A stretch of DNA of 42,755 nt from a virus. The DNA is taken from positions 1 through 42,755 of the IMG/VR virus record IMGVR_UViG_3300045970_000415. The stretch is one strand, 5' to 3'. This document shows positions 1-7,663 of this stretch, one piece after another (positions within the stretch are counted from its first letter, which is position 1; the number at the start of each line of letters is the position of its first letter). The notes under the pieces are model-generated. The model ran no database searches and was not told the DNA's origin. It worked only from the letters and a program-made list of their open reading frames with translations. The translations under genes were made by a program, and so were the position numbers.

Positions 1-127
1 GTCGCCTGCGCGTCCATATCCATGCGCGCCTGTGTTGCCCGTGCTTCTATATCCATTCTGGATTGCGTCGCCTGTGCATCTGCACGCTTTTGTTCAGATG
101 TTGCCGCCGCATCCACGCGCGCCTGTT
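1..127. repeat. Terminal direct repeat, copy 1 (identical to 42629-42755)
   Basis: Read directly: gtcgcctgcgcgtccatatccatgcgcgcc...gccgccgcatccacgcgcgcctgtt is present at both window ends. The length of 127 is typical of a de Bruijn k-mer overlap in a circular contig. Confidence 0.9.
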
Positions 128-362
128 CAGTGCGTTGACCTTCGATGATCAGTTGATTCGCAGTTGCCGTCACACCCACAACTTGAGCGGTGGCGGTAAA
201 GTTCAAGCCAACCACCTGAGAAGTTGCATTGGCCGCCATTTGCTGTTGCATCATCTGCAAAGCGATCTCACCAGGGTTTGGCGTGGCGGTCGGTGTGACT
301 GCGTTGTTCGAAGATCCACAAGCTGTAAGAAATAGGAACACGATCAAAATTAATTTCTTCAT
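1..362 (-). CDS. N-terminal part of a bitopic lipoprotein; the CDS continues at 42628 downward to 41935 (about 351 aa on the circle)
   Basis: Manual translation from ATG at 362-360: MKKLILIVFLFLTACGSSNNAVTPTATP... The lipobox is L-T-A-C, with GAGG 7 nt upstream. There is no stop down to base 1, and the frame is continuous with ORF 41935..42744 via the 127-bp overlap (362-116 = 246 = 82 codons). Confidence 0.75.
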   Translation of the reverse strand, partial: MKKLILIVFLFLTACGSSNNAVTPTATPNPGEIALQMMQQQMAANATSQVVGLNFTATAQVVGVTATANQLIIEGQRTEQARVDAAATSEQKRADAQATQSRMDIEARATQARMDMDAQA

Positions 363-370
363 ATCAACCT

Positions 371-799
371 CTATAAATCCAAACGAATGGTAGGCTCTTC
401 AATTTCACTCTCCCATAAACGCGCTCTCCGTTTGGTGGAGATGTCGAAGGCAGAGGGGGCCTGTCTTGCCAGCAATGACAACAACATTTTATTAAAATTC
501 ATCCTCGGCGCTTTGACTGCCTGTTCTGGCATCCGTCCATGCCTGCGTGCTTTCATAGCCCGTCTCTGTTTGATTCGGAAAACCTTCAGCCAGGGCAAAA
601 CATATTCAGGGATCAACGTCAACGCATAAACCGAGATGGTAGCCACAGTCACATGCAAAATGAACGTCACGATGGTATTCATCGCTTCAAGCACACTCAT
701 CCCCGCGAAGATACCCCACACCTGTCGCCAGAATAAAACAACTGCGATTGCTAGAATGAAAGTCAATACCACCATGGCAGTTTTCATGGATGATTTCAT
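371..799 (-). CDS. Integral membrane protein, function unknown
   Basis: 142-aa ORF with hydrophobic segments (AMVVLTFILAIAVVLFW; IVTFILHVTVATISVYALTLI) followed by a basic tail. ATGA stop-start overlap with the upstream ORF at 796-799. Confidence 0.6.
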   Translation of the reverse strand: MKSSMKTAMVVLTFILAIAVVLFWRQVWGIFAGMSVLEAMNTIVTFILHVTVATISVYALTLIPEYVLPWLKVFRIKQRRAMKARRHGRMPEQAVKAPRMNFNKMLLSLLARQAPSAFDISTKRRARLWESEIEEPTIRLDL

Positions 800-1203
800 T
801 GGCCGTACCCCTTCCCCTTCAAATAGGCATCATATTCCGTGACAGTTTCAATCGAGAACGGCGCATCAGGTGCCAAAGAAACGATGCCAAACCCCTCGGT
901 CAATGTGCATACAAACGCCATCCACGTGCCAACCTGCGGATCATAAATATAATAAGATGCGATCTGAGTATCGAAACAGGCGCGTGAGGTAGTGCCATCT
1001 GCAAAAATGGGAGCGCCAGCCCAAAACTTGTCGTTATTCTCTTCATAATTCGGTGCGTAATGTACATGCTCAATGCTTTCATCAATGATCGGCGCAGCGG
1101 TTGGGGTCGCATAAAGTGTGTACACATCTCCCAACATCCCAATCCCGATCACCAACGCGATCAGTCCCAACATAATTCCAAATATCCAGCTCATACTTTT
1201 CAT
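796..1203 (-). CDS. Membrane-anchored protein (N-terminal TM helix plus extracytoplasmic domain), function unknown
   Basis: 135-aa ORF with N-terminal WIFGIMLGLIALVIGIGMLG and AAAGGAG upstream of the ATG. Confidence 0.6.
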   Translation of the reverse strand: MKSMSWIFGIMLGLIALVIGIGMLGDVYTLYATPTAAPIIDESIEHVHYAPNYEENNDKFWAGAPIFADGTTSRACFDTQIASYYIYDPQVGTWMAFVCTLTEGFGIVSLAPDAPFSIETVTEYDAYLKGKGYGQ

Positions 1204-1217
1204 TTCAAATCTCCTTT

Positions 1218-1550
1218 CTATATCGACCTTCTCATCACTTCTTCCAACGCCGCGCGGATCTCATCTCCGCTCAAATTCGGGATCACATCCACCAACCAAT
1301 CTCCATTCCGCACCCCCACCTCGATACCATCCGTCTGCAACGTCCACGCCACCGTCGCCGTCAACCCATTCGGGAACTTGAACAGCATGAACCAACCTTC
1401 ATCCTCATTCGGGTGCGCCCCGGCAGCCACACACCAGCTCAATATTTTGTTCTCCCCCAACCCGGGGCGCTCTTCCCCTATTTTGGAGGGATGGCCATAG
1501 GACAGAGGGGGTTGAACTCCGCCAGAACCAGTCAAGCTCAATTCTTCCAT
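1218..1550 (-). CDS. Hypothetical protein
   Basis: 110-aa ORF with GGAGGATGAC upstream of the ATG. It sits immediately downstream of the iteron region. Confidence 0.55.
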   Translation of the reverse strand: MEELSLTGSGGVQPPLSYGHPSKIGEERPGLGENKILSWCVAAGAHPNEDEGWFMLFKFPNGLTATVAWTLQTDGIEVGVRNGDWLVDVIPNLSGDEIRAALEEVMRRSI

Positions 1551-1569
1551 GTCATCCTCCGATCAACTT

Positions 1570-1876
1570 CTTCATGTATCTTCATTAATCTTCATGTTTG
1601 CTTCATGTTTTCGAGAATTTCTCGGGTCGTCGCGACCCTCTCTATATACAAGGCAAATAAAATCCGTTAAATAACCTTTCTTCATTAATCTTCATAATCT
1701 TCATGTTTTCGCCTCTATTTGTCTGACAACCTTGTAAAACATGAAGATTATGAAGCAATATGAAGATATTTCGCCAAAATACACCCTGTAATATTTGTTT
1801 TGTAAGCCGTTTTCTCTACAAAACAAATATTTTCCGCCGTACGCCCAAAGTGCTTCATGATCTTCATAATCTTCAT
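1570..1876. repeat. Iteron array: 13 copies of a CTTCAT core (consensus about WTCTTCATG) in four clusters; candidate replication origin
   Basis: Direct copies at 1570, 1580, 1590, 1601; 1680, 1690, 1699; 1853, 1862, 1871. Inverted copies (ATGAAG) at 1741, 1750, 1760. Spacing within clusters is 9-11 bp (helical phasing). The array lies in a non-coding gap next to the primase gene. Confidence 0.65.
1790..1831. repeat. 15-bp perfect inverted repeat inside the iteron region
   Basis: AATATTTGTTTTGTA (1790-1804), a 12-nt loop, then TACAAAACAAATATT (1817-1831). AT-rich. Confidence 0.7.
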
Positions 1877-4800
1877 GTTTTCAGCTCCATCTGTTTCGGA
1901 TCATCCAGATCAACCTGATCCATCCCGAAGCGGAATTTGATTGACGAGATGGTTTCCACATCCAAAACCACCGCATTTCCGCCGCCTTTCGAACCCGCCC
2001 GCTCCACCGGCAGCCTGAACATATTGCGGCAAAGCTCGGCAACCGTTCGCGCAGTCACACCGTCTCCCTCTTTTTTCTTTTGATTGCCTTCAGAGAAATT
2101 CTCAGCATCCATCATCTGATTTGCGATCAACGCCAGGTCTTTGGCCAGCACATAGCGCACCACGCCCAGCTTTCTCAGTTTCCCGCGTTGCACATATTTG
2201 GCAAATTCCTCATCCTCATGCGTCGCGATTACCGCACGACCGATCATGGCCTCAAAGCTCGCAGCTGCACGGTTTTGTTCCTCTTCATAGTTGATCTCAG
2301 CCACCATGTTCAGATCATCCATCAACTCTTTATCGCCCTGCAGGTAGGCCAGCACCTTCAAAGGTCGCATCACCTGGTTCATGCGCGCACTCACTCGAAT
2401 ATCTGTCAGCTTCACTGATGTATCCACTTCAATTCTCGGCATCCAGGTATTCAATCTGAAATACAACAGATCATTTGTCAACGACTGCGATTCGATTTCT
2501 TGTTCAGGCGGGATCACACCAGGCTCGATCGGTGGATTGTGTTTCAACAGATCCCGCACATCGCGCTTATAAAGATCGAATGAAAGGCAGCGGCTTTCAG
2601 TTGCTGGGTCTTTGAATGCCCCATACATCGTCAACAAAGTCGGACCAAACACAAAAGTAGTAGTAGGTCGAAACGTATGAGTTCCATCCGTCTTCAGCAC
2701 ATCCATCATCGTCACAATGCGCGCCTGTTCTTTCATTGCCCGCACATTCAGCAGCGCTCGCAGCTCGCCGCGGTCTTCTTTGCTGTTTGCAGACAATGAA
2801 TCAACCTCATCGATCATCAGCGTGCCTTTATAAATGTGCGCCATGCCTTTGAAACCAGCAATGCTTGTCAGTCCCGCGGTCGTCATCATCCGATAACAGA
2901 CCTTTCCAACCAGCAGCATCAATTCCGACTTGCCCGATCCTGGTGCGCCGCGTGCTCGCAAATAGGGCAGGTATGGAAAACAGTCATAGACCCATGTGAA
3001 CAATGCATACAACGATGACTGAATGATGTGAATATCCTGGTCAAGCAGAAAATATCTTGTGATGAACAGCCTGATCTCTGCCAGCAGCACTCGAATATTT
3101 TTCTTGCCCCCCAATTCGGTTGGCAGTCGCACGGTTCCATATCGCACGTTGTCATCGATCATTGGCGTGTAACGTATTCCATTGATGTCAACGAAATTTT
3201 TGATTCCTATCTCTCTTGTTGAAGTCAGCGTTACAGATCCTTGTTGTGGCTTCAGCCAAATGTGAGCGTATGCAAACTTCGCCTTGCCGTTGCGCTTGTC
3301 GTAGCACATCTCGAGCAGGTATCCTTCCGATCCATCCTCATTCACTGGATACCATCCACCCATTACTTCCTCGATCTCAACGGGCTTGCCATCATCCTCT
3401 TTATTCTTCAGCTCATCGCCGATCAACTTCTGGAACGGTCGCAGCGGCGCACCTTTATATTCAGGGAATAGATCTTCTGGATAGATCGCCTTGGCCAATT
3501 TCAGCCGCATATCATTACGCGAGTTGACCGACATTCTCGCGATCAATGGCAAAATAAAATCCATATATTTCTGACGGTCCGCGCCTTGTTGCCGCCCTGC
3601 ATATTGCGCGGCCAGCAGCACGATCGGCTCGGCCTTGTCGAAAACGTTCTTCACGTTCTCAGTCTGCATCTTCGCTTCGATCTGGTTGTCAGCGTGATAT
3701 TGAGCCAGGTCGTTCGCATCCTTGCATGATTTTTCTTTTCCATCTGGCCGCGTCCACTTGAATTTCGGCCAGCGTGCGATCCACAACATCGGCCCAAAAG
3801 CAGTAGTCAGTGGAAAATCATTTTTCTTGCCCGTCACGATCGTTTCGCCCGGTGTATCCGAATCAGTTGCGAAATAGATCGTTGCATATTTATCTTGTAG
3901 CAGCTTGATCTCTTCATCCAGGGATTTCCATGCTGATCCATTCAGCGCCATCGCAGGAATTCCCCATTGCGCCAGCGTGATTGCATCTGCCTGCCCTTCA
4001 ACGATCATCACCCGATCCCGTTCGCGCAAATGCATATGATTGAAGAACGGGACCTTCTCGCCTGCCAGCGCCGCGTATGGATTGAACGACTTCCACTCAG
4101 TCTCTTCACCTGATGCTTGTCGGATCACATCATGACCAGGCATCTGCCTCCGCGATAAATACACGATCCGCCCGTTGAGTTTGTGCGCGTACACCAGTCC
4201 AGGCTTATCCATCAACCCATGCACCGCCTTCTCTTTGAAAGAAGCAGGGTCAAGACCATGGCTCTGTGCCCAGGCGCTCACATCGCCCCTGTAACCAAGG
4301 ATCATCACCGCATCAGGCGAGTCATATTTGATGCCATGCAGATCAAACTCGCCCTTCATTTCCTTTACCTGAGCAGCAGTAGCCCGCCCGCTGAATCCCA
4401 CGCGTGATGCTGTGATTGTTTCATCACTCCAACCGCGGCCCCTGGCATAGGCCAAAGCCTCCTCATCTTGCTGCAGCCACTTCGCAAACACACGCGCCGC
4501 GATCTGCATCGCATCTTCACGTGCCCTCACAGCCAAACGCTGGCGCAACTCAGGCCCGTCCATATCACCCATCGGCAAATTCGCCCGCTGAGCAAGTTCC
4601 CTGATCGCTTCCTTCACATCCCAGCCCGCGTTCTTCTTTAGCACCCAATCGATCTGCGTCCCGCCCTCATTGCATGAGCCGAAGCAATACCAGGTCTGTG
4701 TATCGGGAAATACGATCAGCGCAGGCGAATGCGAATTCGCATGAAATGGACAGAACCCGGTCCAGTTCTTTCCCGATTTGCGAAGCCTCACCGCCGCATC

Positions 4801-4896
4801 CTGCTGGATCAGCTCTACAATATCTACTCGTTGTTTTATTTCATCAATGATTGTCATGTATCCGTCCGAAGCCTCAAGATTTTCCAAACCGTCCAT
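1873..4896 (-). CDS. Replication protein: DnaG-type primase (CHC2 zinc finger plus TOPRIM) fused to a C-terminal P-loop NTPase (primase-helicase-like)
   Basis: CPFHANSHSPALIVF..WYCFGSCNEGG (zf-CHC2); IVEGQADAITL ... YFATDSDTPGE (TOPRIM); GAPGSGKS (Walker A) and TLMIDEVD (Walker B). The true start may be the internal MTIIDEIKQRVDIVELI (about 4857). Confidence 0.85.
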   Translation of the reverse strand: MDGLENLEASDGYMTIIDEIKQRVDIVELIQQDAAVRLRKSGKNWTGFCPFHANSHSPALIVFPDTQTWYCFGSCNEGGTQIDWVLKKNAGWDVKEAIRELAQRANLPMGDMDGPELRQRLAVRAREDAMQIAARVFAKWLQQDEEALAYARGRGWSDETITASRVGFSGRATAAQVKEMKGEFDLHGIKYDSPDAVMILGYRGDVSAWAQSHGLDPASFKEKAVHGLMDKPGLVYAHKLNGRIVYLSRRQMPGHDVIRQASGEETEWKSFNPYAALAGEKVPFFNHMHLRERDRVMIVEGQADAITLAQWGIPAMALNGSAWKSLDEEIKLLQDKYATIYFATDSDTPGETIVTGKKNDFPLTTAFGPMLWIARWPKFKWTRPDGKEKSCKDANDLAQYHADNQIEAKMQTENVKNVFDKAEPIVLLAAQYAGRQQGADRQKYMDFILPLIARMSVNSRNDMRLKLAKAIYPEDLFPEYKGAPLRPFQKLIGDELKNKEDDGKPVEIEEVMGGWYPVNEDGSEGYLLEMCYDKRNGKAKFAYAHIWLKPQQGSVTLTSTREIGIKNFVDINGIRYTPMIDDNVRYGTVRLPTELGGKKNIRVLLAEIRLFITRYFLLDQDIHIIQSSLYALFTWVYDCFPYLPYLRARGAPGSGKSELMLLVGKVCYRMMTTAGLTSIAGFKGMAHIYKGTLMIDEVDSLSANSKEDRGELRALLNVRAMKEQARIVTMMDVLKTDGTHTFRPTTTFVFGPTLLTMYGAFKDPATESRCLSFDLYKRDVRDLLKHNPPIEPGVIPPEQEIESQSLTNDLLYFRLNTWMPRIEVDTSVKLTDIRVSARMNQVMRPLKVLAYLQGDKELMDDLNMVAEINYEEEQNRAAASFEAMIGRAVIATHEDEEFAKYVQRGKLRKLGVVRYVLAKDLALIANQMMDAENFSEGNQKKKEGDGVTARTVAELCRNMFRLPVERAGSKGGGNAVVLDVETISSIKFRFGMDQVDLDDPKQMELKT

Positions 4897-4988
4897 ACAC
4901 CATTTCTGTACACCTGCTCAATTTTTCCGAGCCGCTAGCTATAGGCCTACCCCCCTACCTATGAATGAAAGGCACCCCCCCCTCATCC

Positions 4989-5025
4989 ATGCAACATAAC
5001 CCCATGTTATGTTGCATCTTTTTTG
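4989..5025 (+). terminator. Rho-independent-terminator-like hairpin oriented on the plus strand, with no plus-strand gene upstream
   Basis: ATGCAACATAAC (4989-5000), loop CCCAT, GTTATGTTGCAT (5006-5017), then CTTTTTTG. On the minus strand no T-run follows the hairpin. Confidence 0.45.
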
Positions 5026-5123
5026 ACCGCTAAAAACGATTTCTACACATCGCCCGACCACGCGGCATATGGGAAGTTCGCGACTCTTTCTACTACTGCC
5101 TAAAAAACTAGCGACGCGCACCA

Positions 5124-5366
5124 TCATCTCTCCATCAACTTGACTGTCGCCGCATTGACCTGGCTCTTTGCCTCTCGTACAGATGCAGCCATACGTTGCA
5201 GATCAGTCAATGCTGGCATCAGCAGGGTACTAAGTCCTGCCCTGCGTATTGCCTGCTCAATACGCAGCACTACAGTTGGCATGCATTCTTCAACATCAAC
5301 GAGGGCCAGTGTTGCGCCTTCCAATTCAGCGCGGATCTTCCCTGCGCCTTCAGCTTTTCTCGCCAT
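5124..5366 (-). CDS. Hypothetical protein
   Basis: 80-aa ORF with protein-like composition, in series with neighbouring minus-strand genes. Confidence 0.5.
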   Translation of the reverse strand: MARKAEGAGKIRAELEGATLALVDVEECMPTVVLRIEQAIRRAGLSTLLMPALTDLQRMAASVREAKSQVNAATVKLMER

Positions 5367-5667
5367 TCAACTTCTCTCGTTCTGCGGCTTCTATATCTTT
5401 CATAATCAAATCCAGATAATGATCGAATCCATATAAAGTCAGCACTGTGATGCCTGCTGTAAATATGACTGCCCACAGAACGCCCACTACATCAACCTCA
5501 TTATGTTTGCATAACCATGCGGACAGCGGAACCATCATGCCCAACATACCAAGCGTATATGCTGCGATGCGTGGAAGTTCTCTTCCTCTCAGCATCAACT
5601 TCCAAGGGATATAGTGAAGACCCAATTCGGCCATCGCCACCATCACGAACAATACCCAAAAGTCCAT
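5350..5667 (-). CDS. Small integral membrane protein
   Basis: 105 aa with about 3 hydrophobic helices and GGAG 10 nt upstream of the ATG. Confidence 0.55.
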   Translation of the reverse strand: MDFWVLFVMVAMAELGLHYIPWKLMLRGRELPRIAAYTLGMLGMMVPLSAWLCKHNEVDVVGVLWAVIFTAGITVLTLYGFDHYLDLIMKDIEAAEREKLNGEKS

Positions 5668-5815
5668 TACTGTGCTCCGCCTTCAAAAAACTTGTTTCGT
5701 CCCTGACCCATTGCAATAGCAGCAGCAGACTTGCGCGCCTGGCTTCCACCATCTCTGGCGGAAGCGGAATATAGTCCGCCTTGAATTCTGTAACCAAATC
5801 GACGCGCATTCCCAT
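5501..5815 (-). CDS. Hypothetical protein (frame assignment ambiguous)
   Basis: 104-aa ORF whose first ~50 residues look protein-like (MGMRVDLVTEFKADYIPLPPEMVEARR...). It overlaps 5350..5667 by 167 nt. An alternative 50-aa frame from about 5819 ends in a TAATG overlap with the 5667 start. Confidence 0.3.
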   Translation of the reverse strand: MGMRVDLVTEFKADYIPLPPEMVEARRASLLLLLQWVRDETSFLKAEHSNGLLGIVRDGGDGRIGSSLYPLEVDAERKRTSTHRSIYAWYVGHDGSAVRMVMQT

Positions 5816-5949
5816 TCATTATTTCGCCTTAACTTTAATATTCCATCGCACTTCCCCGCGGACCCGCTCCCACGCGCCAAATGTGACAGTATCCATAAGG
5901 CGATCAAATGCCGCCAATAACCAACAAACAAATCGATCTTTTAGGTTCA

Positions 5950-6918
5950 TCACATCACCTCCGCCGCAGCGCGCAAATCCGATTCCCTTGCTCTCGTGTA
6001 ATAAGCCAATATCACTTCAGGACGATCACCCGTCTGTTGGCAAACCGCATCAATAGCCGCTGGCAGTTTGCTTGGATCTCCACTCATAACTGCATCCATA
6101 AATCTCAAAACAAATGTGTGTCTCATTGCATGTGGAGTTACTGTTACGCCAGCCATTTCAGCGATCAAACCAAAGCGCCGCCATGCCTGTTCGCGTCCAA
6201 TGGATAGACCTTTCTCGTCGGTGATCAATGTTCCTTCAACAGAATCAGGCATCCGCGAGATCCATGCGTTGATCTTCTCCACAAGCCGCCCACCCACTTT
6301 TACTTTGCGGTGTTTATCGCCTTTTCCAAAAACGTGGATATATCCATCTTCCAGATGCAAATCGCTCATTTTCAAATTGATCACTTCGCTGATTCGCAAT
6401 CCCGCATTCGACATCAAAAAGAAGATCAAACTATCGCGTAAACCGATCAACGACAGCTCTTCTGATTCAGCCGCCAGTTCCAGCATGATGCGATCGTCAT
6501 CATTCACATCCCGTGGACTTTCCCTGGTCGCATCCTGCACTGGGATCCATTCACTTGGGTCATAATCCATCATGCCATTTGACCTTGACCACTTGATCAG
6601 CATTCGCACGGATGCAAGCCTGCGGTTATAGGTTGCAGGTGCGCAATCCATCGCGCCAAAATATTCCTGCAAATTGGCACTGTTCAACTGATCGGGCGCA
6701 AACTCGACCTCATACCGACTTGCAAACCAGCGGCTCATCTGCTCGATATCTGATGCATAAGCGTTCACCGATAGATGACTGCGTTCTCTGCGCTTCTGTG
6801 TGGGCGTCTGCCTCAGCCAAAGGCCAAACTCGACGCGCCAATCTAACTGGGATGCAACTTGCAACTGGGTAAGATCAATTTGATTGAACATCATCAGCTC
6901 CCTTCTCACTGTTCGCAT
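5950..6918 (-). CDS. Tyrosine recombinase (XerC/XerD-phage integrase family)
   Basis: AGLRISEVINLKMSDL (box I Arg), HAMRHTF (HxxR) and a C-terminal ILAYYTRA (catalytic Tyr region). The likely true start is MMFNQ at 6894/6891, preceded by AGGGAG. Confidence 0.85.
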   Translation of the reverse strand: MRTVRRELMMFNQIDLTQLQVASQLDWRVEFGLWLRQTPTQKRRERSHLSVNAYASDIEQMSRWFASRYEVEFAPDQLNSANLQEYFGAMDCAPATYNRRLASVRMLIKWSRSNGMMDYDPSEWIPVQDATRESPRDVNDDDRIMLELAAESEELSLIGLRDSLIFFLMSNAGLRISEVINLKMSDLHLEDGYIHVFGKGDKHRKVKVGGRLVEKINAWISRMPDSVEGTLITDEKGLSIGREQAWRRFGLIAEMAGVTVTPHAMRHTFVLRFMDAVMSGDPSKLPAAIDAVCQQTGDRPEVILAYYTRARESDLRAAAEVM

Positions 6919-7111
6919 TGACTTCAGCCATCGCCAACTCAGCTTTTTTTATTTCACCCCTAATGGATGTAATTACATCCTGCAGAGAAACAAGAAACGT
7001 TTGGCCATCCAAAGTCCATCTGCGCCCCTCTGGCGTTGACACACGTCGAAGGCTTGGAAAATACTTGCGGATATAGTTTGCTGAAATGCGACCACCTTTT
7101 TTATTTGGCAT
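6875..7111 (-). CDS. Small basic protein immediately upstream of the tyrosine recombinase (possible Xis/directionality factor or DNA-binding protein)
   Basis: MPNKKGGRISANYIRKYFPSLRR... 78 aa, with AAGGAG 7 nt upstream of the ATG at 7111. The call rests on position only. Confidence 0.45.
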   Translation of the reverse strand: MPNKKGGRISANYIRKYFPSLRRVSTPEGRRWTLDGQTFLVSLQDVITSIRGEIKKAELAMAEVNANSEKGADDVQSN

Positions 7112-7169
7112 TGCCGTCTCCTTGGGGAAAAACCCCACAAAACTTCAAACCTGCACTACACTCACAGTA

Positions 7170-7227
7170 CAAAAAACGGCCCGTCCAGCCGTCCCGTCCA
7201 GAGCGCACAGCCCGTCCCTGTGCGCTC
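7170..7227 (-). terminator. Compound terminator-like structure downstream of the Cro-like gene
   Basis: Minus strand: GAGCGCACAG-7 nt-CTGTGCGCTC (7227-7201), then ACGGC-7 nt-GCCGT followed by TTTTTT (7192-7171). CCCGTCC is repeated at 7180, 7193 and 7211. Confidence 0.45.
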
Positions 7228-7232
7228 GATCC

Positions 7233-7547
7233 TTATTTCGATTTCTGCAAACTTTTGTGCAATCTCCAAACCACACCCTCAACTCCCCACACATGCGGAC
7301 TCTTGGCCGCCAACAATCGCAAAGCCAAAGCGAAGCGGCGATCAGTAACGGGATAAACTGCCAACATATCTTCCAAAAATTCTGTCTTCGGAGGCTTGCC
7401 AGCTAACCAATTGATTATTGATGCATGGCTCAATGTTTCACCTTCTTTGGACATACCTTCCATCATCCACTCTGCGAACTTCCGCAAACTCGGATTTCCC
7501 TGCACTTCAAATTCCTGTTCAACAATCTCTTTTACATTTCCGCTCAT
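7233..7547 (-). CDS. HTH DNA-binding protein, first gene of the leftward operon (Cro-like by position)
   Basis: 104 aa. SLRKFAEWMMEG...SHASIINWLAG is an HTH-like segment. AAGGA upstream. Divergent from the XRE repressor gene. Confidence 0.5.
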   Translation of the reverse strand: MSGNVKEIVEQEFEVQGNPSLRKFAEWMMEGMSKEGETLSHASIINWLAGKPPKTEFLEDMLAVYPVTDRRFALALRLLAAKSPHVWGVEGVVWRLHKSLQKSK

Positions 7548-7584
7548 CTTGCCATCCTTGATTTTTGGTTACAACAAAATACTT

Positions 7585-7613
7585 TTGGTCACTCATGTAA
7601 CCATGAGTATAAT
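7585..7613 (+). promoter_or_regulatory. Rightward sigma70-like promoter for the repressor arm
   Basis: TTGGTC (7585-7590), 17-nt spacer, TATAAT (7608-7613). Confidence 0.6.
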
Positions 7614-7633
7614 TATATTTCCAATAATGTCAA
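7606..7633 (-). promoter_or_regulatory. Leftward sigma70-like promoter for the Cro-like/early operon, overlapping the rightward -10
   Basis: Minus strand TTGACA (7633-7628), 16-nt spacer, TATACT (7611-7606). Confidence 0.6.
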
Positions 7634-7663
7634 GGGGTTGACCAAAAGTGATATATTAAAAAT

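Noticed and set aside
1-127. Biological direct terminal repeat or cos site
   Set aside because: The repeat falls in the middle of a coding sequence, and its 127-bp length matches a common assembler k-mer. I treat it as evidence of circular closure, pending read-terminus analysis.
63-335. 90-aa plus-strand ORF at the window start
   Set aside because: It has a TTG start and Cys/Arg-rich junk-like composition. It lies exactly antisense to the well-supported lipoprotein N-terminus, which has an RBS, a lipobox and frame continuity across the circular junction.
4940-4985. G-quadruplex on the minus strand (G6 and G8 runs)
   Set aside because: Only two long G-runs are present, plus short GG dinucleotides, which is not a convincing four-run G4 motif.
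4939-5127. 62-aa minus-strand ORF in the gap upstream of the primase gene
   Set aside because: It is translated through the poly-G/poly-C boxes and the hairpin, has Gly/Arg/Cys-rich composition and lacks an RBS. The region is more plausibly regulatory and non-coding.
5683-5931. 82-aa minus-strand ORF (MFVGYWRHLIALW...CCCYCNGSG)
   Set aside because: Its Trp/Cys/Arg-rich composition looks non-protein-like, and a neighbouring frame gives a more plausible sequence. It is kept only as part of the ambiguity finding.
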